A DNA stretch of 63,570 nucleotides from a virus (lineage: Duplodnaviria > Caudoviricetes): positions 1 through 63,570 of IMG/VR virus record IMGVR_UViG_3300031997_000009; one strand, written 5' to 3'. The position numbers and the translations under genes are program-made. Shown here in pieces: positions 9,826-19,323 of this stretch. The notes below the pieces were generated by a model. It searched no databases and had not been told where the DNA came from. It worked only from the letters and a program-made list of their open reading frames with translations. Every line of letters begins with the position of its first letter. Position 1 is the stretch's first letter.

Positions 9826-9902
9826 GTTGATGGTAGCTCAATCGGCAGAGTTCCGGCTTGTGATGCCGGCGGTTGTGGGTTCGAGCCCCACCCATCGACC
9901 CA
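9826..9902 (+). tRNA. tRNA-His (GUG)
   Basis: cloverleaf folded by hand: acceptor TTGATGG/CCATCGA, D arm GCTC/GAGT, anticodon arm CCGGC-TTGTGAT-GCCGG, T arm GTGGG-TTCGAGC-CCCAC, G-1:C73, encoded CCA. Confidence 0.93.
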
Positions 9903-9919
9903 TTTTAACAGGAGGAAGC

Positions 9920-10246
9920 GTGGACGGAAAAAGTAGAGATGTCGATTGCACGGAGCAAGAGCTTTTGTTCAACGCTCAACACATAATTGAACAGCGCCAG
10001 CCCTTCGTGCTCATCTACGTGGACAAACTTAAAGACGGCGGACAAGGCGCGAGCATGGGCAGGATGAGGTATCCAGGTGAAGGCACGGACGAGGAAAAGA
10101 ACATGGCGTCGCATCACCTGGCGAAAGCCATAATTCTTTCTTCTTTTGACCGCAAACTCGTCTCGGACCAAATCAGGATTATGACCCTTCTTGAAAAGAT
10201 GGCGGACATTAACGGCCCACCGGCCGCTCCAAAGGAAGGTGAATAA
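9920..10246 (+). CDS. hypothetical protein
   Basis: ACAGGAGG RBS before GTG at 9920. Confidence 0.6.
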   Translation: MDGKSRDVDCTEQELLFNAQHIIEQRQPFVLIYVDKLKDGGQGASMGRMRYPGEGTDEEKNMASHHLAKAIILSSFDRKLVSDQIRIMTLLEKMADINGPPAAPKEGE

Positions 10247-10536
10247 TGCTGACGTATCTGCGTATTGTAGACCTCACCGCCTACCACGACTTCGTCTGGT
10301 ATCCGGTGAAGGATGCGGGCGATGACTGCGTGGTAGCAATCACGGACAAAGACGATAAGAGCCCGGTCCTGTACTATTCAGTGTACGGAAAAAAGGCGGT
10401 TGTTGTCAGCTTTGTTGGCGAAGTCGAAGTCGAAGACGCGATTGCGGACTTTACCATGCCTACGGAAGCGACAACGTACTGTATCCTTCTCAACGCCGCA
10501 CTCGAAGGCCGCATCGTAGAATTCAAAAAGGAGTAA
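10246..10536 (+). CDS. hypothetical protein
   Basis: TAATG coupling to the upstream gene. Confidence 0.6.
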   Translation: MLTYLRIVDLTAYHDFVWYPVKDAGDDCVVAITDKDDKSPVLYYSVYGKKAVVVSFVGEVEVEDAIADFTMPTEATTYCILLNAALEGRIVEFKKE

Positions 10537-10540
10537 GCCT

Positions 10541-10807
10541 ATGGCCAAGACTGAGAAAAAAAAGACGCCGGCACAATTCGTGACCATACAAAAAATCGGA
10601 GATTACTTGAATGCCGATCCCGAAGTCGTGGACTTCTACCTTTACCGATTCTACTGTACCTGGGGCAAGAATGCGCTTCGGGCCTTGGTCCGTTTCGTAA
10701 TATGGGCTGAGGAGAACGACAGCCACGACATTATCGCTTCAACGCTTACGCACGATTTCACGCTCGAAAACAAGAACTGCGCGAGACCGAGAACGTCAAA
10801 CTACTGA
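10541..10807 (+). CDS. hypothetical protein
   Basis: AAGGAG RBS, 88-aa ORF. Confidence 0.6.
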   Translation: MAKTEKKKTPAQFVTIQKIGDYLNADPEVVDFYLYRFYCTWGKNALRALVRFVIWAEENDSHDIIASTLTHDFTLENKNCARPRTSNY

Positions 10808-11051
10808 GGAGGGGAAAATGAAAAAGATATTATGGTATTGGTTCTGGGGAGTCTTGGGTTGGGCGTCATTGATGTACGGCCTGACCGTTTGGGTAAAACA
10901 TCATCCATAGGAGGAATTATGAAAACAGTTGTCATCGCGATTGCACTCATGTTTGCGTCCATTCATCTTCGTGACCCAAGGGATGAGTTTATGAAATGGT
11001 ACTTCCCGATGTGGCGCGCCCATGATGGGATGGGCCGGGTCTACGTCCAGG

Positions 11052-13223
11052 CTATAGAACCCTGCCGTCAATCCTTTTTGGGATAATGTACTTGATTTTG
11101 CTCTGGTGCCCTTCCGCAAATATCTTCTCTGTCTTGTTCAGAAACTTCTCCTTGCTTCCGCGTTGGATAATCTGCCCCTCTTTCGTTATCGTGACACCGT
11201 AAGGAATAAGAGGTATCGGCTTCCTGTCCATGCGCTTGGTCTGGTGGAGCATGGAGATGATGTTGCCGAGGGCCATGCACAGTCCGTAGCCTTCCACCGC
11301 AGGCCTTTCGTTATCTATCACCCACGTCTCGAGCTGTGTTTTGAGTCCGATAAGGTCGGGCAAAATCGTTATTCTGTACTCGTCCAGCATCCGGTTAAGG
11401 TACAGGATCGCGCCGTTAAGGTCGAAGTGGAAGTTCGGCAGGAGCGCAACCATGTGCTTATTCTGCCATGCCAGGTACGGGCCATCCTTGATATTGGTCA
11501 TCTCAAAAGCCTGGTCTGATATTCCGAACATGGCCCGGTTCGCGTACCATATAAATCTTCGGGGGCGGACCCAGGTTTTGTGCTGTTCGTTGTACATATT
11601 CACGACATTTGTGAGGCTGGTAATGATAGCGTCGGGGCCGCCCACGTTCGCCACGCCCTCATAGAACAGCGTCAGATGCCCCGTCTCCTTGTCCCATATA
11701 CCCACGAGGCAGCTCTCTTTCATATCGCGCTCATGCCACACCGAACCAATGATTTCCGCACGCTTGATGTTGAGAAAGTTGAAGGGGACGACGACGTTTC
11801 GGAACACGCTCTCCCGGAGATTGATGAGCTTAGGCAGGATCCTGGGCTTGTCCTGGCTATTGGAACAGCAGAGTACGAGGGCATCGGCACGGTCGGGACT
11901 GCGCTTTATCCTTTCCTTGAAACTCTCCTTGGGCTCAATCTTCTGTCTGCTCCTGTTGTCGAGGCTGGTTTCCCAATTACGTCCACACAGCTCCTCAATC
12001 AAGGCGTCGTCCTGCGGCAACCCGAGCTTGCCCATCATATCCCTCAGCTCCGCCCACATCACCGAGGCCGAATTGGAATAGTAATCGTTGCCGACGCCTC
12101 CGAAAAGACAGGGGATGACATCTATACCGTCTGACGTATTCCGGCGCAGGTGATCGACGACTCCGCCTCCCATAGTGCTATCGTCTATCTTAATCCTTAT
12201 CACTCTCTTGTGGTTGTACTTGGCCCGGAGCTCGCGCACGAGCGAGAGGATATTCTGCTCGGTCTCGAACGTGTCCTGCTTTTTGTATGCCCGTACGGGG
12301 AAGACCTTGTACCCGTGTCGGTAGCAGATGATGGTCTGGTCGTCTCCGAACCTTGCAACGTCCACTCCAATCTCTATTGCGCCTTCGGCAGTCACCTCCC
12401 TGTTCACGGCGTCCCAGACATCGGAAAGGGAGAGGACGGCACGCGGGTTTCCACTCGGGAAGTTGCCGAACACGCTCACCTGCACTATGTCGTGGTCGCG
12501 TCCGTAAAGGCGGATCAGGCGCAGCGCGCCCATGTCGGACTTGATTTCGTCTTCGGTCACATCGAAGTGAATTGGAACCCACATATCACGCCAGGAAGCA
12601 AGCGTTTGCGTTTTGTAAAAGTAGCCCGTTATCTTCGTAGGGTTGCTGATATGTATTGTTATTATCTCTTTCTTGCTGTCGGAAGCCTTGTTCGATGTCT
12701 GCGTTGCTTCGATAGTTTCGCTGATTTCGTCGGGCACGCCCGAACTCTCATCGACGATAAACATCTGATGTTCTTCGTGGAATCCCGAGAAGTTCTCCTT
12801 GTTCTTGGCCGTACGTGCTACCGCGAACCAGCCCTCGGGCATTTCAACGCACTCGATTTTTTCCTTTCCCCACGCCAGCATCTCCTTGAGAGGGCTGAAG
12901 TGGAGCCACTTCGCTATCTCCGTCCACAACACGTCACTCAACTGATCGGCCTTGGGCGCCGTACACACAACACGCGCACGCGGCCTTGTGGCCAGAAACC
13001 ACAGGCATAACAATGCCACGCCCGTAGTCTTGCCACGGCCGCGGCCCGACCTGACGCTGATGAATTGGCCTTTGGTCACGGCGTCGAACAGTTTTATCTG
13101 GTTGCGGTTGAGAACAGGCTTGGGATCTGTGGGATAGTAACGAAAGATTACGTCCTCCACGAATTCGCGGGGACGGTCAATATAGGGGACGAGAAGGCTG
13201 GGATCAATCTTTATCTTACCCAT
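11052..13223 (-). CDS. terL: terminase large subunit with long C-terminal extension
   Basis: Walker A SGRGRGKT, Walker B FIVDES, SNP motif, nuclease GVDVARFGDD and SPDRADAL; start placed at MGKIK. Confidence 0.93.
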   Translation of the reverse strand: MGKIKIDPSLLVPYIDRPREFVEDVIFRYYPTDPKPVLNRNQIKLFDAVTKGQFISVRSGRGRGKTTGVALLCLWFLATRPRARVVCTAPKADQLSDVLWTEIAKWLHFSPLKEMLAWGKEKIECVEMPEGWFAVARTAKNKENFSGFHEEHQMFIVDESSGVPDEISETIEATQTSNKASDSKKEIITIHISNPTKITGYFYKTQTLASWRDMWVPIHFDVTEDEIKSDMGALRLIRLYGRDHDIVQVSVFGNFPSGNPRAVLSLSDVWDAVNREVTAEGAIEIGVDVARFGDDQTIICYRHGYKVFPVRAYKKQDTFETEQNILSLVRELRAKYNHKRVIRIKIDDSTMGGGVVDHLRRNTSDGIDVIPCLFGGVGNDYYSNSASVMWAELRDMMGKLGLPQDDALIEELCGRNWETSLDNRSRQKIEPKESFKERIKRSPDRADALVLCCSNSQDKPRILPKLINLRESVFRNVVVPFNFLNIKRAEIIGSVWHERDMKESCLVGIWDKETGHLTLFYEGVANVGGPDAIITSLTNVVNMYNEQHKTWVRPRRFIWYANRAMFGISDQAFEMTNIKDGPYLAWQNKHMVALLPNFHFDLNGAILYLNRMLDEYRITILPDLIGLKTQLETWVIDNERPAVEGYGLCMALGNIISMLHQTKRMDRKPIPLIPYGVTITKEGQIIQRGSKEKFLNKTEKIFAEGHQSKIKYIIPKRIDGRVL

Positions 13224-13830
13224 TGCCACCCTTCTTTTCTTCGTCCTTTCCGGCATCGATCTCGATCATGCCCTTCATCTGCGGCAGAACCCGACGCTCT
13301 TCGTGGGCCCTATGCAAGGCTTCAAACAGAGACTCCTGCAACTGTCCGTCTTCACGGTCAGTCTTCTTGTCCGGGTCGATAGGGCGCTTCATCATTCCCA
13401 GGCCCTGCATCATCAGGTCGATGGCCTTGACTTTGTCGTGCAATATCAGCTTCACGCCCGTCTTCGTCTTCTCTATGCCCTTCACGGCCTTGCTGTTCTT
13501 GAGCTCTTTGGAGGCGAGGAGGTTTATCTTGTTCCCATCCGTCCATTTCACGAAGTCGCGAATGTCCGAGGTCATCACCGACAACAACTCTTCGAGGGTC
13601 TTCTTTACCAACTCTTCGTTCTCGAGCCTGCGCTTTTCCAGGTACGCGGACACGGCTTTGTGAATATTAGGATCTTCACGCATCCATTTCTTCACGGTGT
13701 TGATTTCGATATTGAGGACGCGTGCCGCCCTCGCGGCATTGAAGTCTATGATGTATTCTACGACAAAAGATAGCTTCCTGTCCGTAAGACCGAAGGCGTT
13801 GTCGGCGATATTGTAGCCCATATTGGTCAT
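13216..13830 (-). CDS. terS: terminase small subunit
   Basis: LTDRKLSFVVEYIIDFNAARAA and KLILHDKVKAID motifs; directly upstream of terL. Confidence 0.88.
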   Translation of the reverse strand: MTNMGYNIADNAFGLTDRKLSFVVEYIIDFNAARAARVLNIEINTVKKWMREDPNIHKAVSAYLEKRRLENEELVKKTLEELLSVMTSDIRDFVKWTDGNKINLLASKELKNSKAVKGIEKTKTGVKLILHDKVKAIDLMMQGLGMMKRPIDPDKKTDREDGQLQESLFEALHRAHEERRVLPQMKGMIEIDAGKDEEKKGGNG

Positions 13831-14006
13831 AAATACATCTCCTCCATGTTATTAAGATAGTCCAGGTACGCTCGAGAGAGCAAGAGCACCCTCTCGGGAT
13901 CTCCGAGAAGGATCTTCTTTTCGTTTTCGCCCATACCCACTTTATCGCAATAATCAGTCGCGAGCTTTATGCGCCAATGGTCGAACCTTAGCACCGCCTC
14001 ATCCAT
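13827..14006 (-). CDS. small hypothetical protein
   Basis: coupled ORF between the glycosyltransferase and terS. Confidence 0.5.
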   Translation of the reverse strand: MDEAVLRFDHWRIKLATDYCDKVGMGENEKKILLGDPERVLLLSRAYLDYLNNMEEMYL

Positions 14007-14688
14007 GTCGTTTCCATTTGTGAGAGTTAATGAGCTTGAACAGGGGGTTGGGATTGCGGACGGTTTCATCCCATATCGTTTCGCCCGTCGGATTCAGGTA
14101 CTTGAGATCGCCCTTCTCATGGGCTATCACAATCCTCGGCACGGCCCTGTTTTCACAGAGGATGGAAAACTCGGCATCGTCGAGGTTGTCGTTCCGGAAG
14201 TCGGCGGCGTCAATCTGCAGCGTCTGACTATGATAGGCCATGGCGCCGGTGCCGATGATGTCCACTTCGACGTCTTCCAAGACCGTGCCAAGGCACGGGT
14301 AGTTCTTGTCTACTCGGCCGGGGCCGGTTCCGAACATGGATGTCAGGGGAGGGTTTATGGTCTTGCCGTGCCAGCCCACCACCGCCTTCCTCTTCTTCTC
14401 TTCTATCTTGTCGCACAGCCCGTCAACATAGTAGGGGGGATAGGCAAGGTCGTCGTCGCAGAAAAACAGGTATCCATCCAAGCCCTTGGCGAGAGCGAAC
14501 CTGCTCGCGCTCCCGCGGTTTACGTCCTTTGAGAATACGAAACTGCGATGAGAAGGCAGACTGCTTAGATCGCATCCGAAGCCGAACACGTACAAGACGT
14601 CTACCTGGGGCAAGATGCTTTCAATGGCCGCGCCCACGCAGTCGTAACGCGATGGCATCGTAGGCATGAACGCGTAAATTCTTTCCAT
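13999..14688 (-). CDS. GT-A fold glycosyltransferase
   Basis: MPTMPSR...SILPQVD, FFCDDDLAYP (DxD), GTG, DD motifs. Confidence 0.8.
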   Translation of the reverse strand: MERIYAFMPTMPSRYDCVGAAIESILPQVDVLYVFGFGCDLSSLPSHRSFVFSKDVNRGSASRFALAKGLDGYLFFCDDDLAYPPYYVDGLCDKIEEKKRKAVVGWHGKTINPPLTSMFGTGPGRVDKNYPCLGTVLEDVEVDIIGTGAMAYHSQTLQIDAADFRNDNLDDAEFSILCENRAVPRIVIAHEKGDLKYLNPTGETIWDETVRNPNPLFKLINSHKWKRHG

Positions 14689-15371
14689 CAGTACACCATC
14701 TTCCTTTCTTCCCGCATCCGGTAGTAATTCTGTTTCTGGCGCTTGCGGTCCAGGGGCCGGAGGTCGCACCTATGGTCGAACCATATCCTCTCGCCTTCGG
14801 CATCAAGGAGAAAGGGTGCTCGGATATTGTTCAAGCTCGCGCGCGATACCAATCCCGTTTCGAGGTCGTGGGGCTGGTGCTGATTGCCGCGGTAGATACG
14901 GCAATGCTGGTACAGGTACACGAGGTCGGGGTATTTCTTGAATACCCTGGTGCAATTCATCCTCTGCACGGGACCGCGCTCGTTGTGCCGGTTCTCCATG
15001 AGCTTGTACGAATCTTCAACGAGAGAGTCCGGACCAAGCCGGAACGGGTGCAGGATCTCGTCTGAGTCGATGACGAAGAAGTATTCGCCGTCAGGAATCA
15101 GGGACACGTACGCGTTTCTCTTCGTCTGCTGATACGGCCACCCGCCTTCGGGCGCGGGGACGTAAGTGTGCGCATACTTTCTGGCCACATCCACGCACCC
15201 ATCGTCGCTGTATGCGGGGAGATCGCGCTCGTGTTCGATGAACTCGCGGAAGGCGCCATCGACGGCGATGATATTAAGCCCGTTCTCTTTCAGCGCCATC
15301 AGGCTTTTCTGCAGCATTTCTGGTCCGTCGTTATAGAAGACAACACAAGCATGGATCATGTTCGCGTCCAC
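14688..15371 (-). CDS. GT2-like glycosyltransferase, paralog C
   Basis: FYND, AVDG, SDDG, KRN, VIDSDE. Confidence 0.8.
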   Translation of the reverse strand: MDANMIHACVVFYNDGPEMLQKSLMALKENGLNIIAVDGAFREFIEHERDLPAYSDDGCVDVARKYAHTYVPAPEGGWPYQQTKRNAYVSLIPDGEYFFVIDSDEILHPFRLGPDSLVEDSYKLMENRHNERGPVQRMNCTRVFKKYPDLVYLYQHCRIYRGNQHQPHDLETGLVSRASLNNIRAPFLLDAEGERIWFDHRCDLRPLDRKRQKQNYYRMREERKMVY

Positions 15372-16036
15372 GGGTATTTATTCTCAGCCCTGATTTTGAG
15401 GTAGACGTTCTTGATGTCCATGCGCTGCTTCGGACGTTCGAGAAGATAGTGGTCCATAGCCACGTTTGCGCCGTTCACGTCCTTGAGCACGGGAAAGCGT
15501 GCGTTCCCGGGGTCGCGGCCGCAGAAGATGAGGCCGCTGTTAAGGTCCATGGGGTCGTGCTGGTCGAGCCTGTACAGACGCGCGTGCTGATACCTGTGTC
15601 CGAGGTCGGGATACTTCTTGTACACGCGTATGGTCTGCACGTTCTTGGCTCTGCGCTCGCGCCAGTAGTTGTCGAGAATGTAGACGTCCTGGGAGGGCTC
15701 ACCTTCTGGCAGGACAAAGGGGCGAATGATCTCGTCCGCGTCCACGTACCACACGTAGTCGCCCACTGGAACTTCGCGGATATAGGTATTGCGCTTCTCG
15801 AGTTCGACAGTGATCGGCGCCTCGATGACGAGATCGGCCTCCGCCCTCGCCACATCCAGGCAGCCGTCCGTGGAGTGAGGAGTAAGTTCAACGCCGCATT
15901 GACGAGCGGCCGTCACAAATTCGAGCCACGGCCCGTCCACAGCGATGACCTTAATCTTGCACGCCTTCAGAGCGCGGATGCAGCGCTGCAGGAGTTCGGG
16001 TCCGTCATTGTAAAACAGCACGCCGGCGTAATTCAT
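15356..16036 (-). CDS. GT2-like glycosyltransferase, paralog B
   Basis: FYND, AVDG, STDG, KRN, YVDADE. Confidence 0.8.
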   Translation of the reverse strand: MNYAGVLFYNDGPELLQRCIRALKACKIKVIAVDGPWLEFVTAARQCGVELTPHSTDGCLDVARAEADLVIEAPITVELEKRNTYIREVPVGDYVWYVDADEIIRPFVLPEGEPSQDVYILDNYWRERRAKNVQTIRVYKKYPDLGHRYQHARLYRLDQHDPMDLNSGLIFCGRDPGNARFPVLKDVNGANVAMDHYLLERPKQRMDIKNVYLKIRAENKYPWTRT

Positions 16037-16037
16037 G

Positions 16038-16736
16038 CTACCCCCTGTATCGGAATGCGAGAGCTTTCTCGCCCCTGGTAAAATAATACGATTCCTTCTG
16101 TCTTCGCCTCTCCTCGCTCCTGAGCGTGGTGTCGTGTATGAATGTCACAATCTTGCCGTTGACGTCGTAAAGGAATGGATAGACAATACCTCGGGGAGCG
16201 TGCTCGAAATGCGATAATCCACTCATAATGTCGTTGGGATTGTGGGTGTCCGTGCGATAGAGCCGGTAGTGAACGTACAGATACCGGAGATCGTCGTATT
16301 TCTTGTGCATACGGATGAAGTGGAGGTCGCGGATCAGGCCATGTCTCCTTACGCGCTTTTCGTTAAGGACGTACCAATCGGCATCATAATCGGTTCTTAA
16401 TGTGTGCTCCCGCAAAAACTCGTCCGCGTCCAAGACCAGGAAGTATTTACCGTTTTCTATTGGTTTAACGTATTCATTACGCTTTTGTGCTTGGTCGGGC
16501 CAGCCGTGCTCTGGGCATGGAATATAGAGGTCGGCCTCGGCCTTGGCTACGTCGATACAGCCGTCGGTGGAATAGGGTGTGTCGGTGCCGGCGACCTTCA
16601 TAAACTCCTGGAACGCGCCATCGACTGCGATAACGCGTAGACCGCTGTTGTGGCAGGCCTGGATGGCCTCAGAAAGCATCTTCGGCCCGTCGTTGTAGAA
16701 GATCATGCCCACAGTCACAAGCGCGTTTGTTTCCAC
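16038..16736 (-). CDS. GT2-like glycosyltransferase, paralog A
   Basis: FYND, AVDG, STDG, KRN, VLDADE. Confidence 0.8.
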   Translation of the reverse strand: METNALVTVGMIFYNDGPKMLSEAIQACHNSGLRVIAVDGAFQEFMKVAGTDTPYSTDGCIDVAKAEADLYIPCPEHGWPDQAQKRNEYVKPIENGKYFLVLDADEFLREHTLRTDYDADWYVLNEKRVRRHGLIRDLHFIRMHKKYDDLRYLYVHYRLYRTDTHNPNDIMSGLSHFEHAPRGIVYPFLYDVNGKIVTFIHDTTLRSEERRRQKESYYFTRGEKALAFRYRG

Positions 16737-16868
16737 CTATCGAACTCCCTTTGCGCCTTATCCAGGCCCTCAATTCTGTCCTGAAAATCGAACGTAATAT
16801 CGAAAAATTTGAAGCATACCTTTAAAACTAACAAATATGCTATCAACGCAAGCAACCATTTCATTCAT

Positions 16869-17069
16869 TCACGCTAAAGGAAGGGGGCGAGCCGGCGCCA
16901 CCTGGTACCGGCGACTATACGCGATCCGGTTCTGTTCGGTATCGACCACGCAGCGCTCGCCCACGTTACAAATCTCTACCGCCTCGTTCCAATCGTTTGT
17001 ACCCGTAATTAGCATCGCCTTCTCGGGTTCGGTGATGTAGTTGTAATCATATATCAAGTAGTGTGGCAC
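16869..17069 (-). CDS. small hypothetical protein
   Basis: 66-aa ORF co-oriented in the operon. Confidence 0.45.
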   Translation of the reverse strand: MPHYLIYDYNYITEPEKAMLITGTNDWNEAVEICNVGERCVVDTEQNRIAYSRRYQVAPARPLPLA

Positions 17070-17080
17070 CCGGAGACCCC

Positions 17081-17548
17081 CTATACGTTTTTTATCAGAA
17101 ACTTTTTTCCGCTGGCCTTATACTTGTCGATGACGCAGGCGCAAAACCGCATCGTTTTCATCTTGTTCGGAAGCATGACCACGTTCCAGCCCTGCCCATG
17201 GCAGGGCTTGTGCCCTTTCTTGGGGGGAAACATGGTGATAAACTGCTCTCCCGTGATGGTCCGGTATCCGGCAATATACATCTGCACCCTGCGCTTGTAG
17301 TCAGAAAACCCGCGCCTGATCCTGGCGTAATAGACAAACACCAGCACCTTGAGCTGCGTCAGCCTGGACTCAACTACAAACTTACTCTTTTGCCATAACC
17401 AGAAGGGAAAGTTTATTGCGACGTTCTTCCAGTTTACGCTCTTCCAATCTATCTTCTTCGGATCTGAAACGGGCTCTGCCGATGCCGTGGCCGGGGAATC
17501 CTTCTCCTTCTTCTTGTCCATGACTTCTTTCAGCAAGTCTTTCTTCAT
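17081..17548 (-). CDS. hypothetical protein with C-terminal zinc-finger-like motif
   Basis: GGAGGAAG RBS; HKPCHGQG...FCAC. Confidence 0.6.
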   Translation of the reverse strand: MKKDLLKEVMDKKKEKDSPATASAEPVSDPKKIDWKSVNWKNVAINFPFWLWQKSKFVVESRLTQLKVLVFVYYARIRRGFSDYKRRVQMYIAGYRTITGEQFITMFPPKKGHKPCHGQGWNVVMLPNKMKTMRFCACVIDKYKASGKKFLIKNV

Positions 17549-17918
17549 TCTCTTCCTCCGTTGTTACATCGTAAACACACACTTCCGTTCTGGGGATAGC
17601 CTTGTCCTTGTACTTGTGCAGGTGCAGGGACACTATCTGTTGATCGTCGTCGTACACGATCCCGGTCATGGCATCGAGCATGGCCTTGGCGATGTTATCG
17701 AGATCCCCTCTCTCCGTCTCAAAATACACGGCCGCTATTACGCATACCTTCCTGGGTTTGCAGATACGCGAGACCCGTCCGTCGCTCATCGCCTGCTTCG
17801 CTATCCACCCAACCTCGGTCTTGAAAACCCTACCTCTCTTGGTGGGTATTCGCCTGCCATGGATTGTCGAATACAGATGATTTACCGACACTGGCCTGCC
17901 TGGTATTGTGAAGTGCAT
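17382..17918 (-). CDS. rusA: RusA-family Holliday junction resolvase
   Basis: FTIPGRPVSVN, DLDNIAKAMLDAMTGIVYDDDQQI. Confidence 0.9.
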   Translation of the reverse strand: MHFTIPGRPVSVNHLYSTIHGRRIPTKRGRVFKTEVGWIAKQAMSDGRVSRICKPRKVCVIAAVYFETERGDLDNIAKAMLDAMTGIVYDDDQQIVSLHLHKYKDKAIPRTEVCVYDVTTEEENEERLAERSHGQEEGEGFPGHGIGRARFRSEEDRLEERKLEERRNKLSLLVMAKE

Positions 17919-18044
17919 TTGCCCTATCCTCCTTCGACATTCCCGCACACGGCTTGTTACAGCTCGTGCAGGCATAAAAATAAATAGACTCTGGCCGCCC
18001 CGCCCTCAATGACGCGCCGCAGCACTCGCTTACCCTGCCCTTGC

Positions 18045-18326
18045 TCATTTTTTCTCGGCGAAGTTCGATTTGAAAAAGTCACAGACAAAACCCCTGTCGA
18101 TGTCGCTGGCCGATGAATCGGTCACTCCAACAACGGTGCATTTCTTTTCGCCCACGATATTCTTACAGATGGCACAGGACAGGCCCTTCTTGATGTCGTC
18201 TTTCGTCGCCTTCCGGTAGTTGCCATTTTCCCAAAATTTTTCCATCGCGTCCTGTCTCTTCTTCCGCTCCTTCACGTTCACGACCTGACCCGTGAACATA
18301 TCGTTATACGCTAACCTGGTAGCCAT
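18045..18326 (-). CDS. four-Cys hypothetical protein
   Basis: YRKA...CAIC...C...VCDFF. Confidence 0.6.
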   Translation of the reverse strand: MATRLAYNDMFTGQVVNVKERKKRQDAMEKFWENGNYRKATKDDIKKGLSCAICKNIVGEKKCTVVGVTDSSASDIDRGFVCDFFKSNFAEKK

Positions 18327-18893
18327 CTTTCCTCCCTTGTCTTATTGTTCTTTGGACGTACCGGCACGAATCCTCGTTTCCAATCATACTATCAAAGGCG
18401 TTCATGGGCTGCATCTTCAATGGTTCTATAGTGTTGATTATCATCATCCCCCGAATTCTGCCTATCTTACCCGGGATAATCACATCCACGTCCTCGACAT
18501 TCCACCACGGATTCACGTTCTGAGGATTCCAGTCGCCTATAAAATCCCTGCTGTGGTCACAGGCGGATGGAAGTTTGTTAAGGTTCATTATTTCTCCTTC
18601 ATTATCGATCCCAACAGCGAGTCCCTGCTGTTCTTGAGTACGAGCAGGCGCGCGCGCATGAGCTTCTTCTCTGCCGCGGTCATGCTGTCGCGGTCGGCGA
18701 TGTCCGTCTCGACCTGGCTCAAGGCCGAGAGCGCGCACTTGAGGCTCGCGTTCGAGTTGTCCAGCATCGACGCATTGATGAGGGCGTTATCGCTGATGGC
18801 CTGCCGGCACTCTCGGCGCAAAACACCAACCTGATAACACAGGTATAGAATCTCAAGCGTAAAAACGATTAAAATTGCCATCATCTTTTTCAT
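18304..18893 (-). CDS. two hypothetical proteins (18304-18588; 18588-18893 with an N-terminal hydrophobic anchor and coiled coil)
   Basis: TAATG/ATGA coupling; MKKMMAILIVFTLEILYL. Confidence 0.5.
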
Positions 18894-19315
18894 GGGGCTA
18901 CCAAAATAGGAGGCTCAGACCGCGGGAGTGTGGCCTTATACGCAAACGAGGTCTCCACTCCTCGGTAATAAGCCCAAGCCGTAATCTGAAAACCCTTGTC
19001 CTGGATGATGCAATACTGGATTTCCTTGTTTGCGAGATGATAGAATTTGTCGCGCTCCAAAAGTCCAAGGCGAATCATCTGGAAGATAATGTCGTGTATC
19101 AGGGAGCCGCGCTTCACCGAGCGAAGGTCAGGAGAATAACTTGCCCCGTCCCAGGCGTAATACTCCTCCCAAGTCAGCAGGCCATCGGCCCTCAGCGTAG
19201 CAAGCAGATGTCCGGATTGGGTTTTAAGTTCGATGTCGCGGCCCGGTATAACGAATTTGCATTGATGGCTATCTCGGGCGCGCGTAACATAATCGTACCC
19301 TTCAGAGTATTTCAT
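18890..19315 (-). CDS. DUF1353-like protein
   Basis: YAWDGAS...GSLIHDIIFQ...YYRGV pattern. Confidence 0.7.
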   Translation of the reverse strand: MKYSEGYDYVTRARDSHQCKFVIPGRDIELKTQSGHLLATLRADGLLTWEEYYAWDGASYSPDLRSVKRGSLIHDIIFQMIRLGLLERDKFYHLANKEIQYCIIQDKGFQITAWAYYRGVETSFAYKATLPRSEPPILVAP

Positions 19316-19323
19316 AGCTCCCC

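Noticed and set aside
9794-9919. N-terminal extension of ORF 9794-10246
   Set aside because: Overlaps the tRNA-His; the RBS supports a GTG start at 9920
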